This document shows positions 1 through 11,157 of a DNA stretch of 64,000 nucleotides, in pieces (positions within the stretch are counted from its first letter, which is position 1; every line of letters starts with the position of its first letter). The DNA is taken from assembly GCA_963749115.1 (NCBI GenBank), contig CAVVLP010000010.1, forward strand, positions 254,366-318,365, given 5' to 3'. Below the pieces are notes generated by a model that saw only the letters and a program-made list of their open reading frames with translations, did no database searches and had not been told where the DNA came from. The position numbers were made by a program, and so were the translations under genes. This DNA is from an uncultured Gammaproteobacteria bacterium (GTDB lineage Bacteria > Pseudomonadota > Gammaproteobacteria > Xanthomonadales > SZUA-36).

Positions 1-1
1 C

Positions 2-478
2 CGGATGCTGGTTGCCCAGGGTATATCCTGTCGCATGGGCCACAGGGTCTACACTCAGTTCAACCCAACTGCCGGAACCGTCTTCATAGGTCCGGCCAAT
101 GCCGGCGTGCCTTACCTCATCGGCCCTGATGTGGTAGTAGTCTCCCATACCCGGCGCGATATCGCGGGACCTGGTATCACTGTCACCGAAGCCGGCGTTA
201 GGGCGTTGGGCGGTGCGCGTTCGGCGTACATAACCACCGCGCTTGCCGAGGCGATCCCATCCATGACAGGATTTGCAACGGACATAGTCCTTGTACGATT
301 CACCCGCAGGCAGACCGCTGCCGCCGCCATCCGTACTGGTCCAGTCATCATAGGCCAGCGCGCCCAGCGCTATGCAGGGGGTCGTATCATCATCCCTGGC
401 CCAACCACTGGCGCTCCATGCCAGGCACCAGAGCGTTGTCATCAGAATTCCGATCGTTGATTTCACCGTATTCTTCAT
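2..478 (-). CDS. c-type cytochrome, N-terminal part (gene runs off the left edge)
   Basis: Not in the ORF track (no stop inside the window). My minus-strand translation from ATG 478-476 gives MKNTVKSTIGILMTTLWCLAWSASGWA (signal peptide) ... YKDYVRCKSCHGWDRLGKRGGY, with one CxxCH haem motif. Confidence 0.7.
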   Translation of the reverse strand, partial: MKNTVKSTIGILMTTLWCLAWSASGWARDDDTTPCIALGALAYDDWTSTDGGGSGLPAGESYKDYVRCKSCHGWDRLGKRGGYVRRTRTAQRPNAGFGDSDTRSRDIAPGMGDYYHIRADEVRHAGIGRTYEDGSGSWVELSVDPVAHATGYTLGNQHP

Positions 479-739
479 GTCTCTGTTCCTGTACAGCTCT
501 CGTGCCGTCGTACCTACCGGGGAGGCGCAGACGTCATCCTAACGATCTACTTTTCGATCCTATCGTGTCCCTGTCTTGCAAATCTCCTCGCTACCAGGGT
601 TTAAGGCCCACGGAAATCCACCTGATCTATCCAGGTGCCCGGTCTTGTTTCCGTCTCTCAAGCAACTTCCGGGTACCTCAAAAAGTTGCTTTTGAAAATT
701 CTGCACTTCAAAATATCACACCAATTCTTACAGCAAGCT

Positions 740-814
740 GAAGAGCTTCTTAAGCTCCCGGTAAGGTTCGCTCAAAATTATCTCTTTCCTTAACACAAGC
801 TTAAGAAGCTCTTC
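740..814. promoter_or_regulatory. 16-bp perfect inverted repeat pair in a divergent intergenic region (possible operator)
   Basis: GAAGAGCTTCTTAAGC (740-755) and its reverse complement GCTTAAGAAGCTCTTC (799-814). Each is followed within 2 nt by TCCCG(G/T)TAA. The pair lies between the divergent cytochrome c and BNR genes. Confidence 0.3.
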
Positions 815-961
815 ATCTCCCGTTAATACAACATTTAATATAGTGATACTGATCCCGTCCAGACACAGCTTTTATAAGTCGACAAGATCAAGCACAGAGT
901 TAATCCGCGAGGGGGTCTCACGTAATCTTTTGATTACGTGGAACTGCGAAGGAGAAAACTT

Positions 962-3900
962 ATGAGACGCAAGGCTTGGTCTGCGCTGTGCGCAGCATTT
1001 CTGACTCTATTCTCAATCTCACTCCTGGCGGATGACTCCACTTTGGGGTGTGAAGGACCATTTGGACCGGTATTCGGCTATCCCGACCCCGGGCCCTACA
1101 CGACCGACTTGATCGAGCGAAAGAAGGGTACGGTCATTGGCATTGTCGATGTGTTCAACACCACCGATACCATGACTTTCAGATTAAGACCTTCTGATAA
1201 AGTCAAACTTAATGAATTCCAACTGTGGACGGGTAACGATCTTTCAACAATACCTGTCGACAAAAAGGGCAAACCGGATTTCAGAAAGTTCCCCTGGAAG
1301 GAATACAAAATAAAGGTCCAAAAGGGTGGGGCGTATTCACTTGTTCTGAATCTCAAAGAGGACTTGGACTTCAAATGGCAGGGAGGCACCAAGCACTGGG
1401 CCTTCATGCTTCATGGCAAAGCCGGTAAATACGAATTTATGGCGGCCGGGCCATGTATTTTCTATGCCGACAGAAAGGGCGAATACACCTATTCACGGAC
1501 CAGGATGACTCATCCGGACCGCGGCAATTTCATAGACGCGACGGTCATCGGGCTTGACTACAAAGGTCCCACGCAGGAAGGCGTGACCGGTTATAACGAG
1601 GACGGCACTTTGAGCGAAAAGGGTGGTTTCGTGTTCTTCCCGGGTGAAGAAATTTCTTTTTCCGTTGGCAAGGTTCCTCTTGGTATCGCCGCGGCAAGTA
1701 AGAAAGTATCACCACTGGACTTTTATGCAGGTGCAGACACCACCGACCCCAGCGTGATCGCAATGGCACAAGTGTTGCAGACGCTGGACTCTGACTCCGG
1801 AGCCGTCGACCGTGACGGCAAGATCGTGTTGCTGCCCGAGGTCGTGAAGTGCTTCGAAAAGACGGCAAAAAGATCAAAGATACCAGTGATTGGGACGATG
1901 CTGATTTGATCAGCAAGGTTCTCGATGAAACGGTGAGCAAGTGTAATGGCGATGGTGACTCCGTGTTGGCAGTGGTCTCAGCCGACGAAGCCCAGGGCAA
2001 CCTGGAAGCCGGTCTGAACGCCAGTGGCATCTTCCGTAAGAACGTCTCCAAGACCGAGGACTGGGGCGAGACCAAGCAGAAGCTTGAGGTCATGCCGGTT
2101 TATTTCCCCGGTATGCGTTCGAACGGTGATCCGTCACTGTGTGTTGACGTCAGACGGTGACAAAGAATACGACGAAGGCGATAGACACGATCGGCGTACC
2201 CTACGAGGAATGGCGCCTGGACGGCGATCCACTGGCCGAAGAATGTGATCCCCGCGATTTCGAGGATCCTGAAGCGTGCCAGGTTACGCTCATCGAGTGC
2301 CGTGACCTTGCCAAGCCGCTTCTCGTCACGTACATGGCCAAGGTCGACATCTATGACGAACAGGTCAAAGAAGAATTCTGGCCCGATCGTTTTTCATGGG
2401 ACCTCTTTACCGCGGTTTCCCGCGACGACGGCACCACCTGGAAGCGCAAGAACATCTCGCGCATGGCGGACATGTCGTCCTTCGATCTGGAGACCGGCGA
2501 GCCCTTCCCGGGCACCGTCGGATCACCCTACCTGAAGGTCAACGACAACAAGATCCTGACGGTCTGGGAGAGCAAGTTCTGCAAGAGCGGCAACCCGCGT
2601 TACTCCATCAATCTCTGTGATGATCCGGCGACCGAGGAGGTCGAGGCGGATGATCCGCTGACGGAAGAGAACGAGTGCGCCGTCTACTGCCGTGGCAACC
2701 CGGACGAGGGTACCGAGGTCTGCGAACCCGACTATCCCGGTGACGATGACTATTATCGTCACCGATATCTGGGGCGTACGCGGCAGCCAGGGTTCGGTCG
2801 ATTACGACGAGGTCGACGACGTGGCCGAGCTGGGTATTGGCGAAATCCCCTACAGCTGCCTGTGGGCAGCGCGTGGTGTGATCGCCAGCCAGAAGGAGCT
2901 CGACGAAGGCACGTTTGCGTCGATGAACATCGAAGACGACCGACTACTGACGTTACTCAATGCACCGCAGAGGGCGAACCGTATGAATGCTGCACCGGTG
3001 TGGGAACAGGCGACTGTGATGAGTCTGCCGCGGTGGAACTCGGCGATATCGTCTGGTTCAAACCCGAGCGCCTGACCTCCGGACGTCGCGATGTTTACAT
3101 CCCGATGCTCGGCTCGGCCCGCGGCGCGGGTTTTGCCATCGCCTGGCAGGAAGACCCCAGCGGTCTGCGGCCCGGCAAGGGCAAGGGCCCCGGCGAGGGC
3201 TGGAGCGGCGCGATCACCAATCACAAGTCCGACATGTGGTACAGCTTCATCTCCTACGATGACTTCAACATCGTCGATGAGGACTTTGAGTCCCGCGGAC
3301 CGGGTGGCGGCGACCGATGCCGATCCGGACGGCGACGAGGGTTACCTCGACAAGCCCGGACTGGGACGACCCAAGGCGCTGGTGCCCTTTCAGCCTGCCG
3401 GTGCGTATTACCGACAACGACATGGTCAATACCCACACGCTCAAGGTGGAACCAAGCACCGACTGCCCGACATTCCCGGACAGCACCGGTGAGAACGATC
3501 CGGTCTGCTTCCCCGAGGTCGTGGATGGCTCGTTCTGTGCCGATCGATCGCTGAGGAGATCGCAGCCGAGTTCTGTGGCCATCCCGATGCCGATCCGGCC
3601 ACCTGCTGTGATCCGGATAACCACGAGGGCGATCCCAACTGCGAAGACCTGAAGGGCCTCTTCGGTAACGCCAACGGCACCAAACGCTACGCCTACCTGG
3701 CACGTTCGATCGATGAGGTCGACAATGCCACGGGTTTGTACCTGGCCGGAGGCGACGGTGTACCGGATTACCAGTACTACGTGGATCGCGGCGGCACACT
3801 GGACCTGTGCGATGTGTCAGGAGCGAATTCCTTCTTCGACATGATGCCGGGTACCTCGGCCCACGAGCGCTGGTTCGGTTTCACCAACACCAACGGTGTC

Positions 3901-6005
3901 GACAAGCTGGTTTGCGTGTCTTCCGACGGCCGTCTGCTGGACGGTGACGTCTATGCCTCGAGGCCGATGCTGCAGTTGCAGCCTACACGAAGTGCCGACG
4001 GCACCAAGAGTGCCTGGGCACTGCTTCGCCTACGAGGAGTCCAAGGGTCTGGGCCACTCACTGGCAGCGGAAGCGCACGATGACACCGACAATCCGGTAG
4101 ACCCGATCGTCGCCCCCGAGGAGGATGACAAGGGCCAGGAGAAACCGATCAAGCAGGACATCGGCAAGAACATGATGTACCACTCGTTCGATTTTGCCCA
4201 GCCTGACCTGGTGGCCCCGGGTCATATCGCCAACCTGCCGGCATTGTGCGGTGGACTTTATCCGACCTACTGCGACGACCGCAAGACACCGGATATCATC
4301 GAAACCAACGAGGAAAACCCGACCTGCACCTGCGAGGCTGGTCAGCCGGTACCGCTGTACTTCGACTACTTGGGTTGAAGGCACGGATCCGGAAACCGAT
4401 CCCGGCGAGTGGATTGCCGGACGACACCAAGTTCCTGCAGTACCGCTACGAGATCGCACGCCGTGCGCGTTTCCTGATGCAGTCACCGGGCAAGATGGGC
4501 GACACCAAGACACTGGGCGCGCTGATCTACAAGCAGGGCCAGGAAGGGCAAGGCCGTCCGGCCGATGCCTATATCCGGCGCTTCGTCAAGTCCGGTACGG
4601 GCAATCCATACAAGTTCGAAAATATGGAATGCACGACCTACCTGGACGAGACCTTTGACCTGCCAGGCCTGCCCGAACGGCGCCGGTGACAAACCCAGCG
4701 CGGTTGGCTACAACTGCAACGTCTGGGGTGAAGCTTCCGGCGACCGGCTGTGTGGCGGGGTCTTCACCGATCCCAATGGCGGCTATCCGACGCCGCGACC
4801 ACATCAACATGACCAGTGCCGATGTCGACCTGGCGGTGGGTGTTGGACCGGAAGACGATACACCGGACGATCCCACGGACGACGTCTATAACAGGAATAA
4901 AGTCCTGTTATGGTCGCAGCACGAACGCAACCTCGGTGACGAGTCCTACGGCCTGGTTCATGAAGACGGGACCGCGTGTGACGTGCTGAATGGCGAAGTC
5001 TGCCCGGGCATGTACTCCAACGTCCGCAGCCACCGTGGCTTTATCCGTGGCGATTTCTTCGCGGTGGCCTACGCCCTGTCACCCAACTGGGCAGCCGGGC
5101 GCAACGGCAACGACCGCTACAACTTCTACGTCAGGAAGTCCTTCGACGGCGGCCAGACCTGGACCACGAATCCTGCATGGTGGCAGGGTGTCTATGTCTG
5201 TCCCGAGTTCCGGACCGATCCATACAGCCCGGATCCGGATGGCTCCGGCAATCTGCCTCCCGCAGTCTTTGACGAGACCTGCGGAACGTATGATCCCGAG
5301 ACTGTTCCCGATGGCGAATTGCCGCCGATGCCGGTTGGAATCGCGATGACGAACTACCTCGATCCCATGGGCACCACGCCCGATGGCGTGCCCGCCCAGT
5401 TCATCGGAGCAGGCGAATTCGAGCCGGCGCGCAACGTGTCCGAGATCAAGAGCAACAAGGAGTCGTCGGGCGATCCGCGGCTGGGCACCACTCCGCCGAC
5501 CTATCCGCTCGACGGCACATCCGACCCTGGCGAACTCTGTCCGAATGCGAGTCTGGTTTACGTCGAGGACAACTACGTCAACAACATGTTCTTCGTCGCC
5601 TGGGGCACCGTGGACAACGACAAGTCCACCGGTTCGTCCGGCGTCAAGGCAGAGTCGGGACCGCTGGATCTCTACTACACCCGGTCCGAGAACTACGGTG
5701 ACACTTTCGTGAAGATCCCGTGGGTTGTCGGCGGCGAGAACAGCAACGAGGGCTATGGCGAGACCGTCTGGCGCTTTGACTACGTGGCCAAGGGCGATCC
5801 CGAGGAGCAGGGCGAATGCCAGCTCCGGGCGACCTCCGATGGCTCCAAAGCCTACGTCATCTGGCACTCGACGATCTCTGACGAGGAAGATCCGGACGAG
5901 GAGTACACGCGTTACTATCCGTGGAAACCCTCGGGATCCACCGAGAACGACCTGTGGTTCCGACGCGTGATCTTCTGGCCGGTCGCTGAAGAGACGACAC
6001 CGTGA
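962..6005 (+). pseudogene. very large (~1,680 codon) secreted BNR/Asp-box beta-propeller protein, reading frame broken about 10 or more times
   Basis: AAGGAG then ATG at 962, with signal peptide MRRKAWSALCAAFLTLFSISLLA. Coding sense continues through ORF-track pieces 938-1909, 1849-2160, 2157-, 2692-, 3091-, 3317-, 3736-, 3896-, 4246- and 4686-6005 in changing frames. Asp-box-like motifs: SRDDGTTW, SFDGGQTW, SADGTKSAW, TSDGSKAY. Confidence 0.6.
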
Positions 6006-6152
6006 CACCATCCCCGGATGGCGCCGGCGAACAGCCGGCTCATCCTTCAACCCAACCGCCGGGGGCATTCATCGCCCCCGGCGACAAGGAGGTCAAAAAT
6101 TAGAAACCGGGGACGAATCCCTCGGCCCCGGGTGGCCGTGAGGAGATGAATC

Positions 6153-7334
6153 ATGAAACCAAGATATTTTGTTAGTTCAAGATTCGGAGCCTTGCTTTCA
6201 GCCTTGTTCGCATTGCCGCTGTCCATGGAGCTGGCGATGGCCCAGGAGGGAGTGGAAGACTCTTATCATGGCCAGATGGGCTATGGCACAGGCATGGGTA
6301 TGCTGGAGAAATGGTGTGCCCTGCCGAATTTCAGTTTTGACCAGCAGGATGGCATCGACGGCTGGACCACGCAGTCCTGCAATAGCTGCCATATCGGCGC
6401 CAGCTGGAACCCGACAAAGGACACAGCCGGACTGCACCCGCTGCCATGTCTCAGCAACCCCGGTTCTCGGTGACGCTGAGGTGGATACCAGCAGGTGCAT
6501 GACCTGTCACAAGAAAGATACGGCCAAACGCGGTGATCTCTTTCAGCCCGAGTTTGACGTGCATATCGAGGCCGGCTTTGTCTGCCAGGACTGCCATGTA
6601 CGGGTGACGGACGGATCCAGCGATCACCAGTTCCTGAAAGGAACCGCCATGGATACGACCGAGCCGACGATGATGGGAACGATGTCATGCACCATGTCGG
6701 TTGCCATGAGGCGCTACCGCATTCCAGGCGACAAACCAAGGGCATGACACTCAACGGCCACATCGACAAAGTGGCCTGTGAGACCTGCCATACCGGTCTG
6801 AGACCGGCTGCGGCCCTGGAAAGCCGCCATGGAACGTGTTTAACGAGGCGGGCAAGCCGTGTGACCACCAAGCGTGACCCCGGATTGGCTGCCGGTACAC
6901 AAGTGGTACGACAATACGGGCCCGGGGCTTCGGGCAATTTCCATCTGCCGATACTGGGTTTCACGGAAAGACGCGAGCTGAAGGCGCCAAGATTTACCCC
7001 TTCAACGCGGTGACTGTTGACTGGTATGTCAAGAACAAGAACTCCGACTTTGACGACGTGATCATCGTGCCCGAGGTCAAAGCGGCAGATGCGGACCAGG
7101 ATGGAACCGTGACCTCGAGGAAATGCGGGCCGTCTATAAGCAAAGCCACAGCTGATCACCGCCGACATGAACTTCAGCATCAACCATTCTGTCGTGCCGG
7201 CATCGGAGGCATTTGTCTGCAACGATTGCCATGGCCGGAAAGGGCTGGGTCCTCGACTGGAACCAACTCGGTTATGCCAAGGACCCACGAAGAACGGTGG
7301 AAAGAAAGGCGGCAAGACTCCAAATAGCCATTAA
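6153..7334 (+). pseudogene. multihaem c-type cytochrome (about 7 haem sites), at least 3 frameshifts
   Basis: Signal peptide MKPRYFVSSRFGALLSALFALPLSMELAMA. Haem motifs CNSCH, CTRCH, CMTCH, CQDCH, CETCH, CNDCH plus a broken xGCH, spread over pieces 6153-6473, 6169-6747, 6687-7013 and 7010-7327 in different frames. The 3' end is uncertain (7327 or 7334). Confidence 0.65.
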
Positions 7335-7440
7335 GCAATTACGGGAAGTACTGGCTATATTTAACCAGCCAAGCGAAGGGCCTGTGGTGTTTTCACAGGC
7401 CCTTTCTCAATACGGACTGGGTCACCTGGATATTCGATTG

Positions 7441-7753
7441 CTACGAGTAATGCACCGCCAACCAGACAGTTTCAATCGTCTCATCAGTCCAGGCAACCCT
7501 GTGCTTTTTATGGGCAGGTATTGCAGCAATCGCCCGGGCCCAATTCAGTCTGCCGGCCATCCCTGAACTCCAGCCTTGCTGCACCCTTTAACAAGACTAC
7601 GAACTCGTTGGTGTCCTGGTCATACCAGTCCATGTCGCGTGTCGTGTGCCCCCTCGAGATAATTCGTTGGATCCGGACCGAGTCTGTATTGACCAGGTCC
7701 TCGAAAAGCTCTTCGGGAAGATCATCGGGGATATCGGTGAACAGGTTCTTCAT
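7441..7753 (-). CDS. small cupin-domain protein (one apparent frameshift)
   Basis: MKNLFTDIPDDLPEELFEDLVNTDSVRIQRII...ELGPGD. After a shift near 7525-7540 (CGCCCGGGCC) it continues IAAIPAHKKHRVAWTDETIETVWLAVHYS*. Confidence 0.6.
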
Positions 7754-7757
7754 TGTT

Positions 7758-8117
7758 TCACCTGACACACCTGATTGCATCCTTCACGCTGGCAGCATTA
7801 ATGACGCAATTTTTCTGCTCCAGCCTCTGGTTTCGCAGTGCGACATTCTCCGATGTGAGCTGATTGTATTGGTTAACCGTTTTTTCATAGTCACTCATAA
7901 TCGCATCGTATTGCGAACCGCAGATATATCCCCTTTCCGATTCGCAGCCCTGCCCGTCTAAACAAACAGCATCTTCAGCTACGCATTTTGCGGAAGCGGG
8001 GCAAACGGTATCACCCTCTTCCAGGCAAGCTGCCCTGGTCGCATCCGGACAGGAAAAATCACCCCGGGCACTGGCCGACAAAAGTGAAAATAACAATAAA
8101 AACATGATGGCCTTCAT
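7758..8117 (-). CDS. secreted Cys-rich hypothetical protein
   Basis: ORF track 119 aa. Signal peptide MKAIMFLLLFSLLSASA, 10 Cys in the mature part, coiled-coil-like C-terminal half. Confidence 0.5.
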   Translation of the reverse strand: MKAIMFLLLFSLLSASARGDFSCPDATRAACLEEGDTVCPASAKCVAEDAVCLDGQGCESERGYICGSQYDAIMSDYEKTVNQYNQLTSENVALRNQRLEQKNCVINAASVKDAIRCVR

Positions 8118-8134
8118 GGTCTGTACCTCGATCC

Positions 8135-9007
8135 CTATTCCTCAATGCCCACCTTCTGAAAAGTGAGCGGCGGAGCTGACCTTATTTCCAGTGCACTGGT
8201 CACATCGGTGCTGAAAGTCATTCCCGCCTCACCAAGAACCCGCCAGCATTGAATCATTACATCATTGGTGATATCCACCAGGCCGCGGCGACTGGTGCTG
8301 ATATCCACCCAGAAGAACACCTCGTAAATGATCCAACCGTCAGCAAACTGTTGGATGCTGACAAACGCCTGTGGCTCAGGCAGCACATCTTCCACCTGGC
8401 GAATCGTGTTTTGCAGAAGTGAAACAACTGCTTCAGGTTCGTCGTGGTAGGCGACCCCAATGCAAAAATTGGGACGGCGAAGTCCATCGCGGGTGTAGTT
8501 ATAAAGTTCTTCTCTGAAGATCTGTGCGCTGGGCACGAAAACGTCACAGGCATCAGCGGTACGTATATGGACAGAACGCACATCGATGGCGCGAACGGTG
8601 CCGGTCAAGCCACCCGACTTGATCAGATCACCCACTTCGAAGGGCCTGCTGAAATTCAGGAAAATTCCAGCCAGCAGGTTTTCACCGATTTCCCGAAATG
8701 CGAAACCCAATACAATCGCGACCACCCCACCGGTGGCCAACATACTGGCAGCCAGGCCTTTGAACCCCATGACACTCAGGGCAAATAACACACCAAGTAT
8801 CCGGATAGCCCACATCACCAGTCGCCGCACATAGCGCTCCTGGGCTTGCAAACGCTCGCTGCGATGCATGATGCGGGCGACCAGGTTGCTGAGTGCGCGG
8901 GCAAACAGGAAAAAGATAATCAATACAATTGCGGCGTAAATCAGTCGTGGTGAGAAACTGAGAAAGGTTTGCCAATCGGCCTGTAAACTTTCAGTGATGA
9001 ATTCCAT
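8135..9007 (-). CDS. mechanosensitive ion channel, MscS family (copy 1)
   Basis: The ORF-track 339-aa ORF is trimmed to the internal Met that matches the copy-2 start (MEFITESLQADWQTF...). TM segments followed by FEVGDLIKSGGLTGTVRAIDVRSVHIRT, a typical MscS beta-domain. Confidence 0.8.
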   Translation of the reverse strand: MEFITESLQADWQTFLSFSPRLIYAAIVLIIFFLFARALSNLVARIMHRSERLQAQERYVRRLVMWAIRILGVLFALSVMGFKGLAASMLATGGVVAIVLGFAFREIGENLLAGIFLNFSRPFEVGDLIKSGGLTGTVRAIDVRSVHIRTADACDVFVPSAQIFREELYNYTRDGLRRPNFCIGVAYHDEPEAVVSLLQNTIRQVEDVLPEPQAFVSIQQFADGWIIYEVFFWVDISTSRRGLVDITNDVMIQCWRVLGEAGMTFSTDVTSALEIRSAPPLTFQKVGIEE

Positions 9008-9110
9008 CCTGTTATTAACTCCGGCTAGTTGGAATAAATGATAGAGAATACTCTTTGTCTCAATTGCTTTTTCAGGCTTATGACCAGGGTTAGTCAACAC
9101 CATTGAAGCG

Positions 9111-9368
9111 GTGTTAATCGAGTTCATACCATGCAGTTGTCCCAATGAACTCACTTCTATCGACGATACTGAAAAAAGAGACCTGAATATACTACTATCA
9201 AACTATCCAGTTTACATTCGTGAAGCACATTACTCTGATCCCGACAATGAAGACAGAATGATTCTGGTGTGGGGTCTACTGGTTGGTGTTGATGGGAACG
9301 AGTGTGAGGGAACTTGTGATGGTGAGTTTGTCCTGCATAGAATCACCAAACACTTCGATTGTAAGTAA
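9111..9368 (+). CDS. hypothetical 85-aa protein inside the duplicated unit (copy 1)
   Basis: ORF conserved in both repeat copies (1 aa difference). GTG start, no recognisable motif. Confidence 0.25.
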   Translation: MLIEFIPCSCPNELTSIDDTEKRDLNILLSNYPVYIREAHYSDPDNEDRMILVWGLLVGVDGNECEGTCDGEFVLHRITKHFDCK

Positions 9369-9923
9369 TGATTACCAGCATTTGCGTAATACGACTGCCA
9401 AAGAATCTGGGCTTGTCAGTGACTCTTCCAATCATGATGTCGCAGGTATGCGAATACGGTGTGCTTTCAGGCAAAACTTGTGTGGATTCTAATTGCTATG
9501 TTCTTCCACATTTATTTTGGACTGGCTTGTCTGAAGCCAGCAACACTGAATTGGCTAGTCGGCACGAGGAAATAAGCGGTCATTTCTGCAATATCCCGCG
9601 AGTTCGGCTCTGGAGCAAACATCAGAAAAAATAGGGTGGATAAGATCAACGTTTGTTTTAGCATACTGTCATCCTGACTGTTAGCAAGTTCGTTACTGGA
9701 ATTTGTCCTTTACTACTACCATGCAATAATCAAGCCAGAAGAGGTATTCAACTGGAAACACGCTAACGCGCAATTAAATACCTTTTAAATACAACGTGAT
9801 ATATTGCGAACAAAGAATTTTGGGAAATTTTGCTTCAGCCAAATCTGATCGCAATTATCCAAAATATGTCAGAAAAACAGACCAAAATTGTCATCCACAA
9901 TGAGCCGACGTCCTCTACGATCC

Positions 9924-10796
9924 CTATTCCTCAATGCCCACCTTCTGAAAAGTGAGCGGCGGAGCTGACCTTATTTCCAGTGCACTGGTCACATCGGTGC
10001 TGAAAGTCATTCCCGCCTCCCTAAGAACCCGCCAGCATTGAATCATTACATCATTGGTGATATCCACCAGGCCGCGGCGACTGGTGCTGATATCCACCCA
10101 GAAGAACACCTCGTAAACGATCCAACCGTCAGCAAACTGTTGGATGCTGACAAACGCCTGTGGCTCAGGCAGCACATCTTCCACCTGGCGAATCGTGTTC
10201 TGCAGAAGTGAAACAACTGCTTCAGGTTCGTCGTGGTAGGCGACTCCAATACAAAAATTGGGTCGGCGGAGTCCATCGCGCGTGTAGTTATAAAGTTCTT
10301 CTCTGAAGATCTGTGCGCTGGGCACGAAAACGTCACAGGCATCAGCGGTACGTATATGGACAGAACGCACATCGATGGCGCGAACGGTGCCGGTCAAACC
10401 ACCCGATTTGATCAGATCACCCACTTCGAAGGGCCTGCTGAAATTCAGGAAAATTCCAGCCAGCAGGTTTTCACCGATTTCCCGAAATGCGAAACCCAAT
10501 ACAATCGCGACCACCCCACCGGTGGCCAACATACTGGCAGCCAGGCCTTTGAACCCCATGACACTCAGGGCAAATAACACACCAAGTATCCGGATAGCCC
10601 ATATCACCAGACGCCGCACATAGCGCTCCTGGGCTTGCAAACGCTCACTGCGATGCATGATGCGGGCGACCAGGTTGCTGAGTGCGCGGGCAACCAGGAA
10701 AAAGATAATCAATACAATTGCGGCGTAAATCAGTCGTGGTGAGAAACTGAGAAAGGTTTGCCAATCGGCCTGTAAACTTTCAGTGATGAATTCCAT
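9924..10796 (-). CDS. mechanosensitive ion channel, MscS family (copy 2)
   Basis: 290 aa. Differs from copy 1 at 4 residues (F/V, M/I, I/V, G/R). Confidence 0.85.
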   Translation of the reverse strand: MEFITESLQADWQTFLSFSPRLIYAAIVLIIFFLVARALSNLVARIMHRSERLQAQERYVRRLVIWAIRILGVLFALSVMGFKGLAASMLATGGVVAIVLGFAFREIGENLLAGIFLNFSRPFEVGDLIKSGGLTGTVRAIDVRSVHIRTADACDVFVPSAQIFREELYNYTRDGLRRPNFCIGVAYHDEPEAVVSLLQNTIRQVEDVLPEPQAFVSIQQFADGWIVYEVFFWVDISTSRRGLVDITNDVMIQCWRVLREAGMTFSTDVTSALEIRSAPPLTFQKVGIEE

Positions 10797-10899
10797 CCTG
10801 TTATTAACTCCGGCTAGTTGGAATAAATGTTAGAGAATACTCTTTGTCTCAATTGCTCTTTCAGGCTTATGACCAGGGTTAGTCAACACCATTGAAGCG

Positions 10900-11157
10900 G
10901 TGTTAATCGAGTTCATACCATGCAGTTGTCCCAATGAACTCACTTCTATCGACGATACTGAAAAAAGAGACCTGAATATACTACTATCAAACTATCCAGT
11001 TTACATTCGTGAAGCACATTACTCTGATCCCGACAATGAAGACAGAATGATTCTGGTGTGGGGTCTATTGGTTGGTGTTGATGGGAACGAGTGTGAGGGA
11101 ACTTGTGATGGTGAGTTTGTCCTGCATAGAATCACCAAACACTTCGATGGTAAGTAA
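10900..11157 (+). CDS. hypothetical 85-aa protein inside the duplicated unit (copy 2)
   Basis: Duplicate of 9111-9368. Confidence 0.25.
   Translation: MLIEFIPCSCPNELTSIDDTEKRDLNILLSNYPVYIREAHYSDPDNEDRMILVWGLLVGVDGNECEGTCDGEFVLHRITKHFDGK

Noticed and set aside
5079-6068. 329-aa minus-strand ORF, and similar long antisense ORFs at 6281-7315, 3254-3799 and 4058-4513
   Set aside because: They lie antisense to sequence with clear coding sense on the plus strand (Asp-boxes, CxxCH motifs). They are Arg/Gly/Pro-rich with no motifs, which is typical of shadow ORFs in GC-rich DNA.
9369-9917. Secreted or lipoprotein-like ORF on the minus strand of the duplicated unit (MLKQTLILSTLFFLM...), also at 11158-11706
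   Set aside because: It is only ~50 codons long before a stop, is broken differently in the two copies, and has no continuous frame afterwards. I treat it as a decayed remnant rather than a gene.
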